The notes under the pieces are model-generated. The model had not been told where the DNA came from. It did not search any database and saw nothing but the letters and a program-made list of their open reading frames with translations. From contig JBDTMW010000001.1 in NCBI GenBank assembly GCA_039934065.1, forward strand, positions 1 through 45,231: a DNA stretch of 45,231 bases, in the 5' to 3' direction. The translations under genes were made by a program, and so were the position numbers. Below are positions 16,080-25,387 of this stretch, piece by piece (the stretch's first letter is position 1; the number at the start of each line of letters is the position of its first letter). Source of the DNA: Actinomycetota bacterium. GTDB taxonomy: Bacteria > Actinomycetota > Actinomycetes > Actinomycetales > Dermatophilaceae.

Positions 16080-17273
16080 GTGAGGTACGTCATACACAGA
16101 TCTCTTCCGAAGAGGATCATCGCTCGTCGTCCACAGAGAACAGGTGCCGCCATCACCAGAATCGAAAGCCTCACGGTGCATCACCGGCAGATCGCCCTCG
16201 TGCGGCCGTTTGTCACGGCCGTGCGCCGGGCCACGGCCATAGACGTCGTCCTGGTCGAGGCCCGCGACAGCGACGGTCGCAGCGGCTGGGGCGAGGCGCC
16301 CACCAGCTGGCGGGTGACCGGCGAAAGTCGTCAGAGCGTGACGGCTGCCGTCGAGGGCCCGCTGGCCGAAGCCGCCCTCGGAGCGCAAGCCGGCGATCCG
16401 GTCGGCACCAGCGGCCTGCTGGCCCGCAGTCTGGTCCGCAACTCTGCAGCGCGGATGGCGGTGGACTGTGCCCTCTACGATCTGGCCGCCCAGGCATCCG
16501 GGGTTCCCCTCTATCGATACCTCGGCGGCGACAAGGGGGATGTCCGCACGGACATGACTCTGTCGGCCGGACTGGAAGCAGAGGACGACGACGCACTCAT
16601 AGCGACCGCCCTGCAGCACCGCGAGGCCGGTTTCGGCACCTTGAAGGTCAAGGTCGGCGCGGGCGGAGACGATGTCTCATTGTTGAGACGTGTCCGGGCT
16701 GAGGTCGGCGTGGACGTGGCTCTGCGTGTCGACGCCAACCAGGGGTGGTCCGCTGAACAGGCCGTATCCGTCATCAGCGCGTGGGAGGACGCCGGGCTCG
16801 GGATCGAGCTGGTGGAGCAGCCAGTCGCCATGGACGATCTTGACGCCATGGAATTCGTTACGCGACATGTGAATACGCCGATTCTCGCCGATGAGTCGGT
16901 GTGGACCACGCGCGACCTGACCGACGTGGTTCGCCGGCACGCCGCCGACATGGTGAATATCAAGCTGGCCAAGACCGGAGGGTTGAGCGAGGCTCGTCGA
17001 ATGGCCGAGCTGGCCCGGCAGAACGGCGTGACCTTGGTCGTCGGCTGCATGATGGAAAGTCACGTCGGCATCTCGGCAGCTGCCAGTCTCGCCTGCGCCT
17101 TCGAGTCGACCGGAGTCTCGGCGCGCGGATCGGCGCACGACCTCGACGCCGGACTCTGGCTGAAGTGCTCTCCCGTGACGGGCGGAGCCACCTACGAGCG
17201 CGACGAGGTACGTCTTTCCGATGCTGCCGGCCTAGGCATCTCGGGTGTGGCGAAGCGCTCCGACGGTCCCTAG
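16080..17273 (+). CDS. Dipeptide epimerase (L-Ala-D/L-Glu epimerase type), enolase superfamily
   Basis: ITRIESLTVHHRQIALVRPFVTAV...GWGEAP...LKVKVG...RVDANQGW...ELVEQP...LADES...NIKLAKTGG aligns along its length with YkfB-type epimerases (recalled from memory). There is no ATG, GTG or TTG just before ITRIE. Candidate starts are GTG 16080 (used here) and GTG 16176. Confidence 0.85.
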   Translation: MRYVIHRSLPKRIIARRPQRTGAAITRIESLTVHHRQIALVRPFVTAVRRATAIDVVLVEARDSDGRSGWGEAPTSWRVTGESRQSVTAAVEGPLAEAALGAQAGDPVGTSGLLARSLVRNSAARMAVDCALYDLAAQASGVPLYRYLGGDKGDVRTDMTLSAGLEAEDDDALIATALQHREAGFGTLKVKVGAGGDDVSLLRRVRAEVGVDVALRVDANQGWSAEQAVSVISAWEDAGLGIELVEQPVAMDDLDAMEFVTRHVNTPILADESVWTTRDLTDVVRRHAADMVNIKLAKTGGLSEARRMAELARQNGVTLVVGCMMESHVGISAAASLACAFESTGVSARGSAHDLDAGLWLKCSPVTGGATYERDEVRLSDAAGLGISGVAKRSDGP

Positions 17274-17301
17274 CGTGCGTTTCCTGAGCCTGGTTCGAGG
17301 G

Positions 17302-17814
17302 CTAGAGCCCGGCGCGTTTCGCTATCCCACGGGCATACGAGGCCTGGCCCGCATGCTGCAGATCGTCCGAGAGGATGCTGACCAGACGCACGGCGAGGGT
17401 GACCGGAGGGTCCCACGCCGCGTCGACGATCCTGGCGAAATCAGCTTCGGTGAGAGTGCCCAGATAGTCGATGGTCCGGGTGTGCACTGCGTCGTAGTAA
17501 CCCCGCAGCAGCTCCGGGTCGGGGCGCACCGCCGCAACATCGGCTGCGCTCTGGCCGTAGCCCGTCGCCGCAGGGTCAAACGGAAGGCTGAAACGGCCAA
17601 CCCAGCCACCGGCAGTCCAGACCTGGTCGTTACCCATCAGGTCGGCGATGTGGTCGTCCTGCACCCGGGTGAGGTGCCAGACCAACCAGGCAACCGTGTT
17701 CGCCTCTGGATCCGGCCGTGACGTCAGCGCCTCGGTGCTGGCGTCCTCGAGCGCCCCGTGAACCAAAGCGCGGATCCGGCCGAAGGCATCACTCAAAAGC
17801 TCAGTACTCAACAT
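17302..17814 (-). CDS. DinB-family (DUF664 / mycothiol-transferase-like) protein
   Basis: MLSTELLSDAFGRIRALVHGALEDAS...NTVAWLVWHLTRVQDDHI...LSDDLQHAGQASYARG is the typical four-helix DinB_2 pattern with its His triad. The start is ATG 17814. Confidence 0.8.
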   Translation of the reverse strand: MLSTELLSDAFGRIRALVHGALEDASTEALTSRPDPEANTVAWLVWHLTRVQDDHIADLMGNDQVWTAGGWVGRFSLPFDPAATGYGQSAADVAAVRPDPELLRGYYDAVHTRTIDYLGTLTEADFARIVDAAWDPPVTLAVRLVSILSDDLQHAGQASYARGIAKRAGL

Positions 17815-17891
17815 CCGTCCTCCTCTGTCGCTGTGATCGCAGACTACTGAAGCACCCGGTATCCGGACAGGGGAACAGTGAAGGCCGCACC

Positions 17892-17933
17892 ACAACGAAG
17901 GGCCTACCTGGCGAGAGGTAGGCCCTTCGTTGT
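17892..17933 (-). terminator. Perfect 17-bp stem / 8-nt loop hairpin downstream of the ApbE operon
   Basis: acaacgaagggcctacc-tggcgaga-ggtaggcccttcgttgt, read directly. It lies 85 nt after the ApbE stop (18018) and 78 nt upstream of the DinB start. There is no U-tract on either strand, which is common for actinobacterial hairpins. Confidence 0.55.
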
Positions 17934-18017
17934 TACTCCCCCATCGTAACCGAATCAGAGCGCCGTAGATCACCAAGCCGTTGCGCCACCGTGCTGTCGA
18001 GTCGCCAGGTTGACGGG

Positions 18018-18758
18018 TCACAAGGAGATGAAGCGATAGTCCCTGGCCACCTCAGAGAACCGGAGGGGCAACGACTCCGGCCGCACGAACAGTGCGGTCG
18101 CCCATACGTCGGCCCACATCAGACTCGGTCCGACGACGGTGATCGACCCCGCCCGGTCCACAAAAGCCTGGGTGTCCGGATCGTAGAGATGTGCCCCGCG
18201 GGCGGCCGTGCCAGAAGTAGCGAGGCCGCCGTGGCGGAGCCCGACGACCTCAGCCACCCGAAAGCGGTCGCGCGGGTCCTCGATGCCGATCCGCCAGATC
18301 GACTCAGACCTGCCGTTGGCATGAACGCCCCCGCCCCCAACAATGACGTCGCCACCGGCATTGAGGCAGAAGCTTGTCGATGGCAGGAGGGCCAACCGGG
18401 CCGCGGCTCGTTCCGCGGCCCAGCCCTTGACCAAGCCGGTTGGATCGAAGCGCAGCACACCCTGGTCGTCCGGCAGCTGGTCGGTGAATGCACCATCTGT
18501 CAGCTCGACTGCCTGCCGACACAACGCGGCCACCTCCTGAACCAGCGGATCGGCGCGCTCCTGGTCCAGCTCACCACGGCGAATCCGGTTGACCTCACTG
18601 TCTTCTCGGTAGGTGCTGAACAGCCGATCAGCGTCGGTCAAGAGGTCAAATACGTCTTCGACCGCTCGAGCCACCATCGGCGAGTCGAGGTCCTCGCCGC
18701 GAAGATGAACGCTGATCGGCATACCCATGATCTGCCTGACCCACGCCCGGCGACTCAC
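18018..18758 (-). CDS. apbE: FAD:protein FMN transferase (ApbE family)
   Basis: IMGMPISVHLRG...FSTYREDSEVNRI...FDPTGLVKGWAAE...NAGGDV...LATSGT...HLYDP are ApbE hallmarks. GTG 18758 overlaps the upstream stop (GTGA). Confidence 0.85.
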   Translation of the reverse strand: MSRRAWVRQIMGMPISVHLRGEDLDSPMVARAVEDVFDLLTDADRLFSTYREDSEVNRIRRGELDQERADPLVQEVAALCRQAVELTDGAFTDQLPDDQGVLRFDPTGLVKGWAAERAAARLALLPSTSFCLNAGGDVIVGGGGVHANGRSESIWRIGIEDPRDRFRVAEVVGLRHGGLATSGTAARGAHLYDPDTQAFVDRAGSITVVGPSLMWADVWATALFVRPESLPLRFSEVARDYRFISL

Positions 18759-19228
18759 AGGTGGGCTTGGTCGATCGCGGACTGGAGCGACTGCAGGTAG
18801 CCGTCACTGGTCACCGTGGCCCCGGAGATCGCGTCGATGGAGACGGACTGCTTCTGAACGACCTCCTGGTCGAGGATCGGCAACGCGTAGCTGTTGATCT
18901 GTGCATCGACGTTGGTGCCCTGGGGGTACTGCACAGCCCTGGACCGGGTGATCTTGCCGCCCCGAACCGTGATCTGGACCTGGACAGGTCCCCAACGGGT
19001 ATCGGCAACACCACCGGTGTACGAAACTGCTGCGGCTGCCGGGCTCGACTTGGCCGACGACGATCCACCGCCACTGGACGCCCGCGACGATGGCGCCGGG
19101 TCAGTAGCTGCCGGTGTCTGGACCATGCGGCTGGATGCGAGAAAGGTGCTGTTGGTCGAGGTGTGGTAGCCCAAGAGCAGCATCACTGTGGTGATCGTGG
19201 ACATGAAGACGAGGACGACGCGACGCAT
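18755..19228 (-). CDS. Membrane-anchored FMN-binding domain protein (flavinylation substrate)
   Basis: Signal/anchor MRRVVLVFMSTITTVMLLLG, a Ser/Ala-rich linker, then an FMN_bind domain ending ...IDAISGATVTSDGYLQSLQSAI, which contains the flavinylated [S/T]GAT[S/T] motif. GGAGAA lies upstream of ATG 19228. Confidence 0.85.
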   Translation of the reverse strand: MRRVVLVFMSTITTVMLLLGYHTSTNSTFLASSRMVQTPAATDPAPSSRASSGGGSSSAKSSPAAAAVSYTGGVADTRWGPVQVQITVRGGKITRSRAVQYPQGTNVDAQINSYALPILDQEVVQKQSVSIDAISGATVTSDGYLQSLQSAIDQAHL

Positions 19229-19266
19229 GGTTCTCCTTCGTGGTTCGTAGGCCGGCACGTGGGCAG

Positions 19267-20724
19267 TCAGTAGGTGAAACGCTCGAGGTGGACGTGCTCG
19301 GATGGGACGCCGGCGGCGACGACCGCCTGCTCAGCGGCATCCATCCAGCCCGGGCTGCCACAGATGAACACATCGTGCTTCGCGACATCCGGCACAAGCT
19401 GGCGCAGCGCCTCGACGTCACCCAGATGCGCAGCATGCTGAGGAAGCCAGCTGGGTCGATTCGAGGCTCGACGGCCGGTCACGACGAAGAACTTCGCCCG
19501 ACGTGACGCAGCAAGGTTCGACAGCTCATCGACGAAGATGCGGTCCTGGTCGGAGCGGACCCGGTAGACAAGGGTGACGTCGCCCGGACGCTGATCCATG
19601 GACTCAAACAGCGCGCGCATCGGGGTGATGCCGATGCCCGAGGCCATCAGCAGGACCTTGCGACGGGTCCGCACTCCCTCGTGCAGCCGGCCGTAGGGGC
19701 CTTCGAACAGCACCTTGGTCCCGGGGCGCAGAGCGGCCAGCCCCGCTGACCCGTCGCCGAGGTGGGCTGCGGTGATCCGCAGAGTCTTTCCGTCGGGGGC
19801 CGCGGACAGGGAGTAGGGGTGCGCCCGGGTAAAGCCTGGCCCGCCCAGAAACCGCCACTGCATGAACTGACCCGCCTGGACCGGCAACCGGTGCAGGTTC
19901 CGGCCGGCCATGACGACCGTGGTGACCGTGTCGCTCTCGAAGCGCACCTCCTGCACGACCAGGTGATGGCGCAGGCTGCGCGCCAACGGCTGGCCGACCC
20001 GCCAGAAGAAGACGCTGCCAGCGGCAGCCGCCCACAGCATCCACCAGTACGCCGTCGCGACCGGCGAGGTCAGGAAGTCCTTGCCCGTCCACAGCTGGTG
20101 CGGCAGCGCCAGCCCGACGCCGAGGTAGGCGTACAGATGAAGCAGGTGCCAGGACTCGTAGCGCAGTCGTGCCCGGGCTGCCTTGATCGAGGTGACGACA
20201 ACCATGACCAGCGCCACCGTGCCGCCAACGGCCAGCAGCATTCCCGGGTAGTTCAGTACGAAGTCGACGATCGTGCCCCACAGTCCCCTGGGTGAGGCGG
20301 CCGCATAACCCAGGGTGATCGCAACGATATGCACCACCATCAGGTTGAACGACCAGAAACCCACCAGACGGTGTCGCCGGGCCAGCTCGTCCTGGCCGTA
20401 GGTCTTCTCCACCAGCGGGATCCGGGCCATCAGCAGCACCTGGATCAACAACAGGTCCGAGGCCACCAGGCCGGTCAGCCTGCCAACACTGGTCAGGCCC
20501 GTGCCCACGCCGGCCAGCGTTTGGACCCCCCCGCCAGAAACCCACAGCGCCACGACAACCAGCATCGAGGACCAGACGAAGACCCCGAACGCATCACGCC
20601 ACCACCGTGGGACCCGCGGCTGCCGCAGGGACACATGACGGGTCGCCCGCCGAGACGGCTGGCGTGGCCCGCCGGTCGCGGTCGGCGTCGACGTCTTCAA
20701 CAACGTGTCCACGGGCCTGTTCAT
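19267..20724 (-). CDS. Ferric-reductase-like transmembrane protein fused to an FAD/NAD(P)-binding reductase domain
   Basis: Six TM helices with paired His residues in the N-terminal half. The C-terminal half is FNR-like (RAHPYSLSA, MASGIGITPM, FICGSPGWM). Confidence 0.85.
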   Translation of the reverse strand: MNRPVDTLLKTSTPTATGGPRQPSRRATRHVSLRQPRVPRWWRDAFGVFVWSSMLVVVALWVSGGGVQTLAGVGTGLTSVGRLTGLVASDLLLIQVLLMARIPLVEKTYGQDELARRHRLVGFWSFNLMVVHIVAITLGYAAASPRGLWGTIVDFVLNYPGMLLAVGGTVALVMVVVTSIKAARARLRYESWHLLHLYAYLGVGLALPHQLWTGKDFLTSPVATAYWWMLWAAAAGSVFFWRVGQPLARSLRHHLVVQEVRFESDTVTTVVMAGRNLHRLPVQAGQFMQWRFLGGPGFTRAHPYSLSAAPDGKTLRITAAHLGDGSAGLAALRPGTKVLFEGPYGRLHEGVRTRRKVLLMASGIGITPMRALFESMDQRPGDVTLVYRVRSDQDRIFVDELSNLAASRRAKFFVVTGRRASNRPSWLPQHAAHLGDVEALRQLVPDVAKHDVFICGSPGWMDAAEQAVVAAGVPSEHVHLERFTY

Positions 20725-20808
20725 CCCTCAAGGGTGGTCGAGGATCCTTGGTGGTTTCTGTGACCAGTCTGCGAACGGGATGAGACCCGCGACGGGCATA
20801 CTGCCCAC

Positions 20809-21483
20809 ATGAGCACCAACGTGAGTCTGCTTCTCGTCGAAGACGACCGGGAGCTGTCCGCCATGCTCACCCGACTTCTCAGCGAGGAGGGCTACGACGT
20901 CACGCACGCGCCCGATGGCCAACGTGGCCTGCACCTCGGCCTGACCCGGTCGTTCTCCGTGATCGTGCTCGACCGCGGGCTTCCTGCGATCGAGGGTCTC
21001 GACCTCTTGGCCAAGCTGCGTGCCAAAGGCGTCAGCACGCCCGCACTGATCCTGTCAGCGCGAGGCACCACCAGTGACAGGATCGACGGCCTCGACGCCG
21101 GGGCCGAGGACTACCTGACCAAACCGTTCGACGTCGGCGAGCTCCTGGCCAGGTTGCGCGCACTCCAGCGTCGGCACAGCTCGACCTCCCGGGTGCTGCA
21201 GCTGGGCCACCGGGTCCTCGACCTGGAGAGCCGTCTGGTTCTCGAGCCGGGGGCCGATCCCGCCACTGGGGTGCCGCTGTCCGAGCGCGAGTCACAGCTG
21301 CTTGAGGTCCTGGCCCGGCGTCCCCGCCGAGTGTTCTCCCGGGCCGAGCTTCTCGACCTCGTCTTCACCGAGGCCGAGTCCGAGGTTGTCGCCGACACCT
21401 ATGTCCACTACTGCCGGCGCAAGCTCGGGCGTGACGTGATCCGGACCGTCCGTGGTCTTGGCTACCAGCTCGGCTCGACGTGA
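20809..21483 (+). CDS. OmpR/PhoB-family response regulator
   Basis: Receiver domain (LLLVEDD...VIVLDRGLP...LILSARG...DDYLTKPF) plus a winged-helix output domain (LSERESQLLEVLARRP...VRGLGYQL). Confidence 0.92.
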   Translation: MSTNVSLLLVEDDRELSAMLTRLLSEEGYDVTHAPDGQRGLHLGLTRSFSVIVLDRGLPAIEGLDLLAKLRAKGVSTPALILSARGTTSDRIDGLDAGAEDYLTKPFDVGELLARLRALQRRHSSTSRVLQLGHRVLDLESRLVLEPGADPATGVPLSERESQLLEVLARRPRRVFSRAELLDLVFTEAESEVVADTYVHYCRRKLGRDVIRTVRGLGYQLGST

Positions 21484-22703
21484 TGTCCCCACCATCGCAC
21501 GAGGATGGCGACCTCGGTCTGGTGCGAGTTGCTGCACGCCGGCTGGGGTTGCAGTCCGCTGCACTAGTGGCGCTGGCTGTGATCGTCCTCGTGGCGATCA
21601 GCACGATCTTGGTGCTGCGGCAGCAGAACGCCACTGCTGAGAGACTCCTGGAACAGGCATCGGCCAGGGCCGATGACGCGCAGGACCCGCCGGCAGGGAC
21701 ATGGCTGGTGCTGCGCGGACCCCTTGGGCTGGCGACCTCCCCCGGCATCCCATCTGCCTTCCCCGACGTGCGAGCAATGGACTCGGTCGCGCGCACCACG
21801 AGAACCCAGACCGCGATCGTCCGCGTCGCAACGTCCGAGTACCTGGTGCGCACCACCCTGCGGGGCAACACCACCGTTCAGGCCGTCCTCGACCTGGGAC
21901 CTCAGCATGACCAGCGCTCCGACCTCACGCGAATCCTGTTGGGGGTGGGCCTGGTTGGGCTGATCCTGTCGGCATTCGTGGGAACGTTCATGGCACGACG
22001 TGCGGTACGCCCGCTGTCGGATGCCCTGGCTCTGCAACGGTCCTTCGTCGCTGACGCCAGCCATGAGCTGCGCACTCCGCTGACCCTGCTGAGCACCAGA
22101 GCCCAGCTGCTGCGGCGTTCGCTCGTCGCCGGCAAAGCCGACCCCTCGGTCCTGAACGACGTCGACGGCGTCGTCGCTGACGCGGCGCGGATGACCGAGC
22201 TGGTGGAAGAGCTGCTGGTCGCGGCCGACCCGTGGACTGAAGCGGAATCGGCCAGGGTCGAACTGACCTCGCTGTGTGCCGACCTCGTCGCCAGCACCCG
22301 GGACTACGCCGAGACCCATGAGGTCAGGCTCGTCCTGGACGAACCGGACGCGGACGCGGTGACGACCACGGGCAACGCCGTGGGCCTTCGACGGGCCGTG
22401 CTGGCCATCCTCGACAACGCCATCGCCCATACCCCGTCCTCCGGGACGGTCACCTTGTCGGTGCGGCGCCAGGGCCGGGACGCGGTCATCGAGGTCAGCG
22501 ACACCGGCTCGGGGATCGCCGCGACAGAGGTCGACCGGGTCTTCGACCGGTTCCACTCCAGCCACCACAAGGCCAGCAGGCGCAGCTACGGCCTGGGCCT
22601 GGCGCTGGCCCGCGAGGTCGTCACCCGGCAGGGAGGAAGGATCGTCATCGCGTCAACCTCAGGCAGCGGGACCACCTTCCGGATCTCGCTCCCCCACGAC
22701 TGA
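21480..22703 (+). CDS. Sensor histidine kinase (2 TM, HAMP, HisKA, HATPase_c)
   Basis: The start overlaps the regulator stop (GTGATG). H-box FVADASHELRTPL; N/G boxes LDNAIAHTP, DTGSGI, GLGLALAREVV. Confidence 0.92.
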   Translation: MMSPPSHEDGDLGLVRVAARRLGLQSAALVALAVIVLVAISTILVLRQQNATAERLLEQASARADDAQDPPAGTWLVLRGPLGLATSPGIPSAFPDVRAMDSVARTTRTQTAIVRVATSEYLVRTTLRGNTTVQAVLDLGPQHDQRSDLTRILLGVGLVGLILSAFVGTFMARRAVRPLSDALALQRSFVADASHELRTPLTLLSTRAQLLRRSLVAGKADPSVLNDVDGVVADAARMTELVEELLVAADPWTEAESARVELTSLCADLVASTRDYAETHEVRLVLDEPDADAVTTTGNAVGLRRAVLAILDNAIAHTPSSGTVTLSVRRQGRDAVIEVSDTGSGIAATEVDRVFDRFHSSHHKASRRSYGLGLALAREVVTRQGGRIVIASTSGSGTTFRISLPHD

Positions 22704-22751
22704 GCCTGACTGAGCTTGTAGCTGGGTCCAGCCCCCGCACCCAGATCAGCG

Positions 22752-23978
22752 CTAGGTCAGGCCAAGCTCCTTTGCCTCTTCCCAGAGCTCGGCGCGCACG
22801 CTGGGGTGCGCAGCCTGTTCGATCAGGTGACGCGCCTGCGTCTTCTCGTCATAGCCCCATAGCTTGGCCAGACCCTGCTCGGTCACGATGGCCGTCTGCT
22901 GGAATGAGGTCACCGGCTCGTCCAGCAGCGGGACGACGGTGGAGACATCGGCCTTCGGGTGCCAGCTGCGCAGGGCGATGAACGCCTGACCGCCGGGGGA
23001 ATGCAGGGCCCCGACGATGAAGTCGGTCTGACCGCCATACCCGGAATGGATCCTGGCGTTGATCCGCGACGCGTTCGCCTGTCCGAACAGGTCCACCTCG
23101 AGTGCGGAGTTCACACTGGTCATGGCGCGGTTGGCGGCAATCAGCGCCGGGCTGTTGGTCTTCTCGGTCCGCAGCATGCGCACGCGGGGATTGCGGTCCA
23201 CCCAGTCGTACAGCTCGCGCGAGCCGAAGCAGAAGGAGGCGGTGAGGGGGTGCCCCTCGTCCAACGCCTTGTGCTTGTCCAGCTCGAGGACGCCGTCGGA
23301 GAACATCTCACTCCATACGCGGAGCCCGCGCCGGCCGACCAGGGCGTGCAACGTGGAGTCGGGCACCGCCCCGATGCCGAGCTGGAGCGTGGCACCGTCA
23401 TCGATCATGCCGGCAATACGTTCGGCGATGACGCGACTGGAGTCATCAATCGGGCTGGAGTGCGCGGCAACGAGCTCGAAGTCCACCTCCACCGCGAAGT
23501 CGACCATCTCGACCTCGACCTGCGCGTCGCCGAACGTGTACGGCATACGGGAGTTGATCACTGCGATCACGAGGCCACCCCTGGCACGGCAGGCGTCTAT
23601 GGCAGCGGGAAGGACGTTGACCTCGATCCCCAGGCTCAGCAAGCCCTCGCGCGGCGGCGCGCAGTGCAGCACCACGACATCGGGCGGCATGCTCTGCGAG
23701 AAGAGAAAAGGGACCATGGACAGCCTGCTGGGAACGTACGACAGCGCAGGGTGACGCCGCATCCCCACCCCGACAAAGCTGGTCTCGGCGATGACACCGG
23801 GACGCTCGGGAACACCGACGGCGGCGTTGAGCATGTAGATGCGGTAGGTCGCGATCGAACGGTCGATGGCGTCGACGACGGCCCAGGGCGTGGCCACGTT
23901 TCCGCTCACCACGATTCGGGGAACGCCGTCAATCAGCGACAGGCGACGCTCAAGCTGTTCAAGTTCTATGGTGCGCAT
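22752..23978 (-). CDS. Acetyl-CoA hydrolase/transferase-family CoA-transferase
   Basis: 408 aa with ..LQLGIGAVPD.., ..SGYGGQTDFIVGA.. and ..VTEQGLAKLWG.., typical of 4-hydroxybutyrate/succinyl-CoA:acetate CoA-transferases. Confidence 0.8.
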   Translation of the reverse strand: MRTIELEQLERRLSLIDGVPRIVVSGNVATPWAVVDAIDRSIATYRIYMLNAAVGVPERPGVIAETSFVGVGMRRHPALSYVPSRLSMVPFLFSQSMPPDVVVLHCAPPREGLLSLGIEVNVLPAAIDACRARGGLVIAVINSRMPYTFGDAQVEVEMVDFAVEVDFELVAAHSSPIDDSSRVIAERIAGMIDDGATLQLGIGAVPDSTLHALVGRRGLRVWSEMFSDGVLELDKHKALDEGHPLTASFCFGSRELYDWVDRNPRVRMLRTEKTNSPALIAANRAMTSVNSALEVDLFGQANASRINARIHSGYGGQTDFIVGALHSPGGQAFIALRSWHPKADVSTVVPLLDEPVTSFQQTAIVTEQGLAKLWGYDEKTQARHLIEQAAHPSVRAELWEEAKELGLT

Positions 23979-24054
23979 GAGCTCATCATTCCCGATGACT
24001 GGCCGAAACCGACGATCGGGTGCGTGCGCGACCTGCTGAGAGTCAACCAGCCCG

Positions 24055-24573
24055 TCAACTGGTAGGACGTTTCACGGTCGGCTCTCTGTCTGCCGGAAGT
24101 ACCGTCTCAGCCGCCCCCGCCGATCGGGCACCGCCGTTTACCTGGAAACGACGGCCCGTGATGCTGTGCGGCTCGATCCTGATGAAGTGCGACTTCGGCG
24201 CCGAATGCCACGGAAAAAGTGGCAGCTCAATCACCTCCAGCACGTCGTAGAGCCGGTTCACCTCTTGACCCTCACCCTTGAGCACCACGCTCCACGCGCT
24301 TCCTGTCTCAGGGTCGTACCCGTCCGCCTCGAACGCGACCCAGTGCCCCACGGCCCCCATGAACTTGGTTCCCAGCGCCGTGCGCAGAACCACGCTGCCG
24401 TGGTCGACCAGGTGGTTGACCGGGAAGATCTCGGGCCGGTCGTCCACGACCACGGCCAGGCGACCGACTCCGGACTCCCGGAGCAAGGCCCAGGACTCGG
24501 CCGGCGACAGCTCGATCCCCGCGATCGGCTCACCACTACTCGCGTCGTCGCCAACACTGCGGTCGTTGCTCAT
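24055..24573 (-). CDS. Pyridoxamine-5'-phosphate-oxidase-fold (FMN/F420-binding split-barrel) protein
   Basis: MSNDRS...LSPAESWALLRESGVGRLAVVVDDRPEIFPVNHLVDHGSVVLRTALGTKF...WSVVLKGEG is the Pyridox_ox_2 pattern. The start is ATG 24573; the longer track ORF runs into dosR. Confidence 0.8.
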   Translation of the reverse strand: MSNDRSVGDDASSGEPIAGIELSPAESWALLRESGVGRLAVVVDDRPEIFPVNHLVDHGSVVLRTALGTKFMGAVGHWVAFEADGYDPETGSAWSVVLKGEGQEVNRLYDVLEVIELPLFPWHSAPKSHFIRIEPHSITGRRFQVNGGARSAGAAETVLPADREPTVKRPTS

Positions 24574-24632
24574 ACAGCCAGTCTGACGGTATGTGCTGCG
24601 CCGCGGAAGTCCAACAACTGCACAACTGCGGG

Positions 24633-25277
24633 TCAATGCCCCGCGGTGGGCGGATGGGTGACGGCAAAGACGGCAGCCTGCGTCCTTCGCTCCATGCCGA
24701 GCTTGCCCAGAACCGCCGTGATGTAGTTCTTCACGGTCTTCTCGGCCAACGACATCGCCTCGCCGATCTGGCGGTTGGTGAGACCCTGGGCCACGTGATC
24801 CAGGATCCTTCGCTCCTGCGGGGAGAGCAGCCGCAGCCGAGGGTCGGTGTCCGCGTTGTTGCTCCACGCCTGCCGGACACGCTTCACCGTTTCGGCGTCG
24901 ATCAGCTGTTCGCCGGCGGCCACCGCGCGGATGGCTTCGATCAGACCATTTCCCTTGATGTCCTTGAGCAGGTACCCGGCGGCTCCGGCCAGGATCGCCG
25001 TGGCGAGGGCCCGCTCATCGTCATACGAGGTGAGGATCAACCCTGCGATCGAGGGATCCATGGAACGTACGTCGCGGCATACGTCGAGGCCCGACCCGTC
25101 CGGCAGCCTGGCGTCGAAGATCGCCACGTCCGGGCGTAGTGCCGGGATCCGCCGGGCCGCCTCGACCGCGGAGCCGGACTCACCGACAACCTCGAAGTCC
25201 GTCACCGTCTCAAGCAGCTCACGTAGCCCGCGCCGCACGATCTCATGATCGTCGAGGAGGAATATGCGGATCGTCAT
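24633..25277 (-). CDS. dosR: NarL/LuxR-family response regulator, DosR/DevR type
   Basis: MTIRIFLLDDHEIVRRGLRELLE...RPDVAIFDARLPDGSG...ILTSY...AGAAGYLLKDIKG...LSPQERRILDHVAQGLTNRQIGEAMSLAEKTVKNYITAVLGKLGMERRTQAAVFA. This is colinear with M. tuberculosis DevR as I recall it, including the C-terminal KLGMERRTQAAVFA. Confidence 0.85.
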   Translation of the reverse strand: MTIRIFLLDDHEIVRRGLRELLETVTDFEVVGESGSAVEAARRIPALRPDVAIFDARLPDGSGLDVCRDVRSMDPSIAGLILTSYDDERALATAILAGAAGYLLKDIKGNGLIEAIRAVAAGEQLIDAETVKRVRQAWSNNADTDPRLRLLSPQERRILDHVAQGLTNRQIGEAMSLAEKTVKNYITAVLGKLGMERRTQAAVFAVTHPPTAGH

Positions 25278-25387
25278 CTGGTCGCCCTTCCGGTTCCTGG
25301 TCCCACCACGGTACCGGTCTGGACCCCGCCATCACGCCTGTCATCGAGATCCCTGCGGTCTGGGCGCCTGACATCTGGCCCTCCTCG

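Noticed and set aside
24574-24867. Upstream part of the 270-aa ORF 24055-24867
   Set aside because: It runs through the 3' end of dosR in another frame. The PNPOx-fold similarity starts at MSNDRS (24573).
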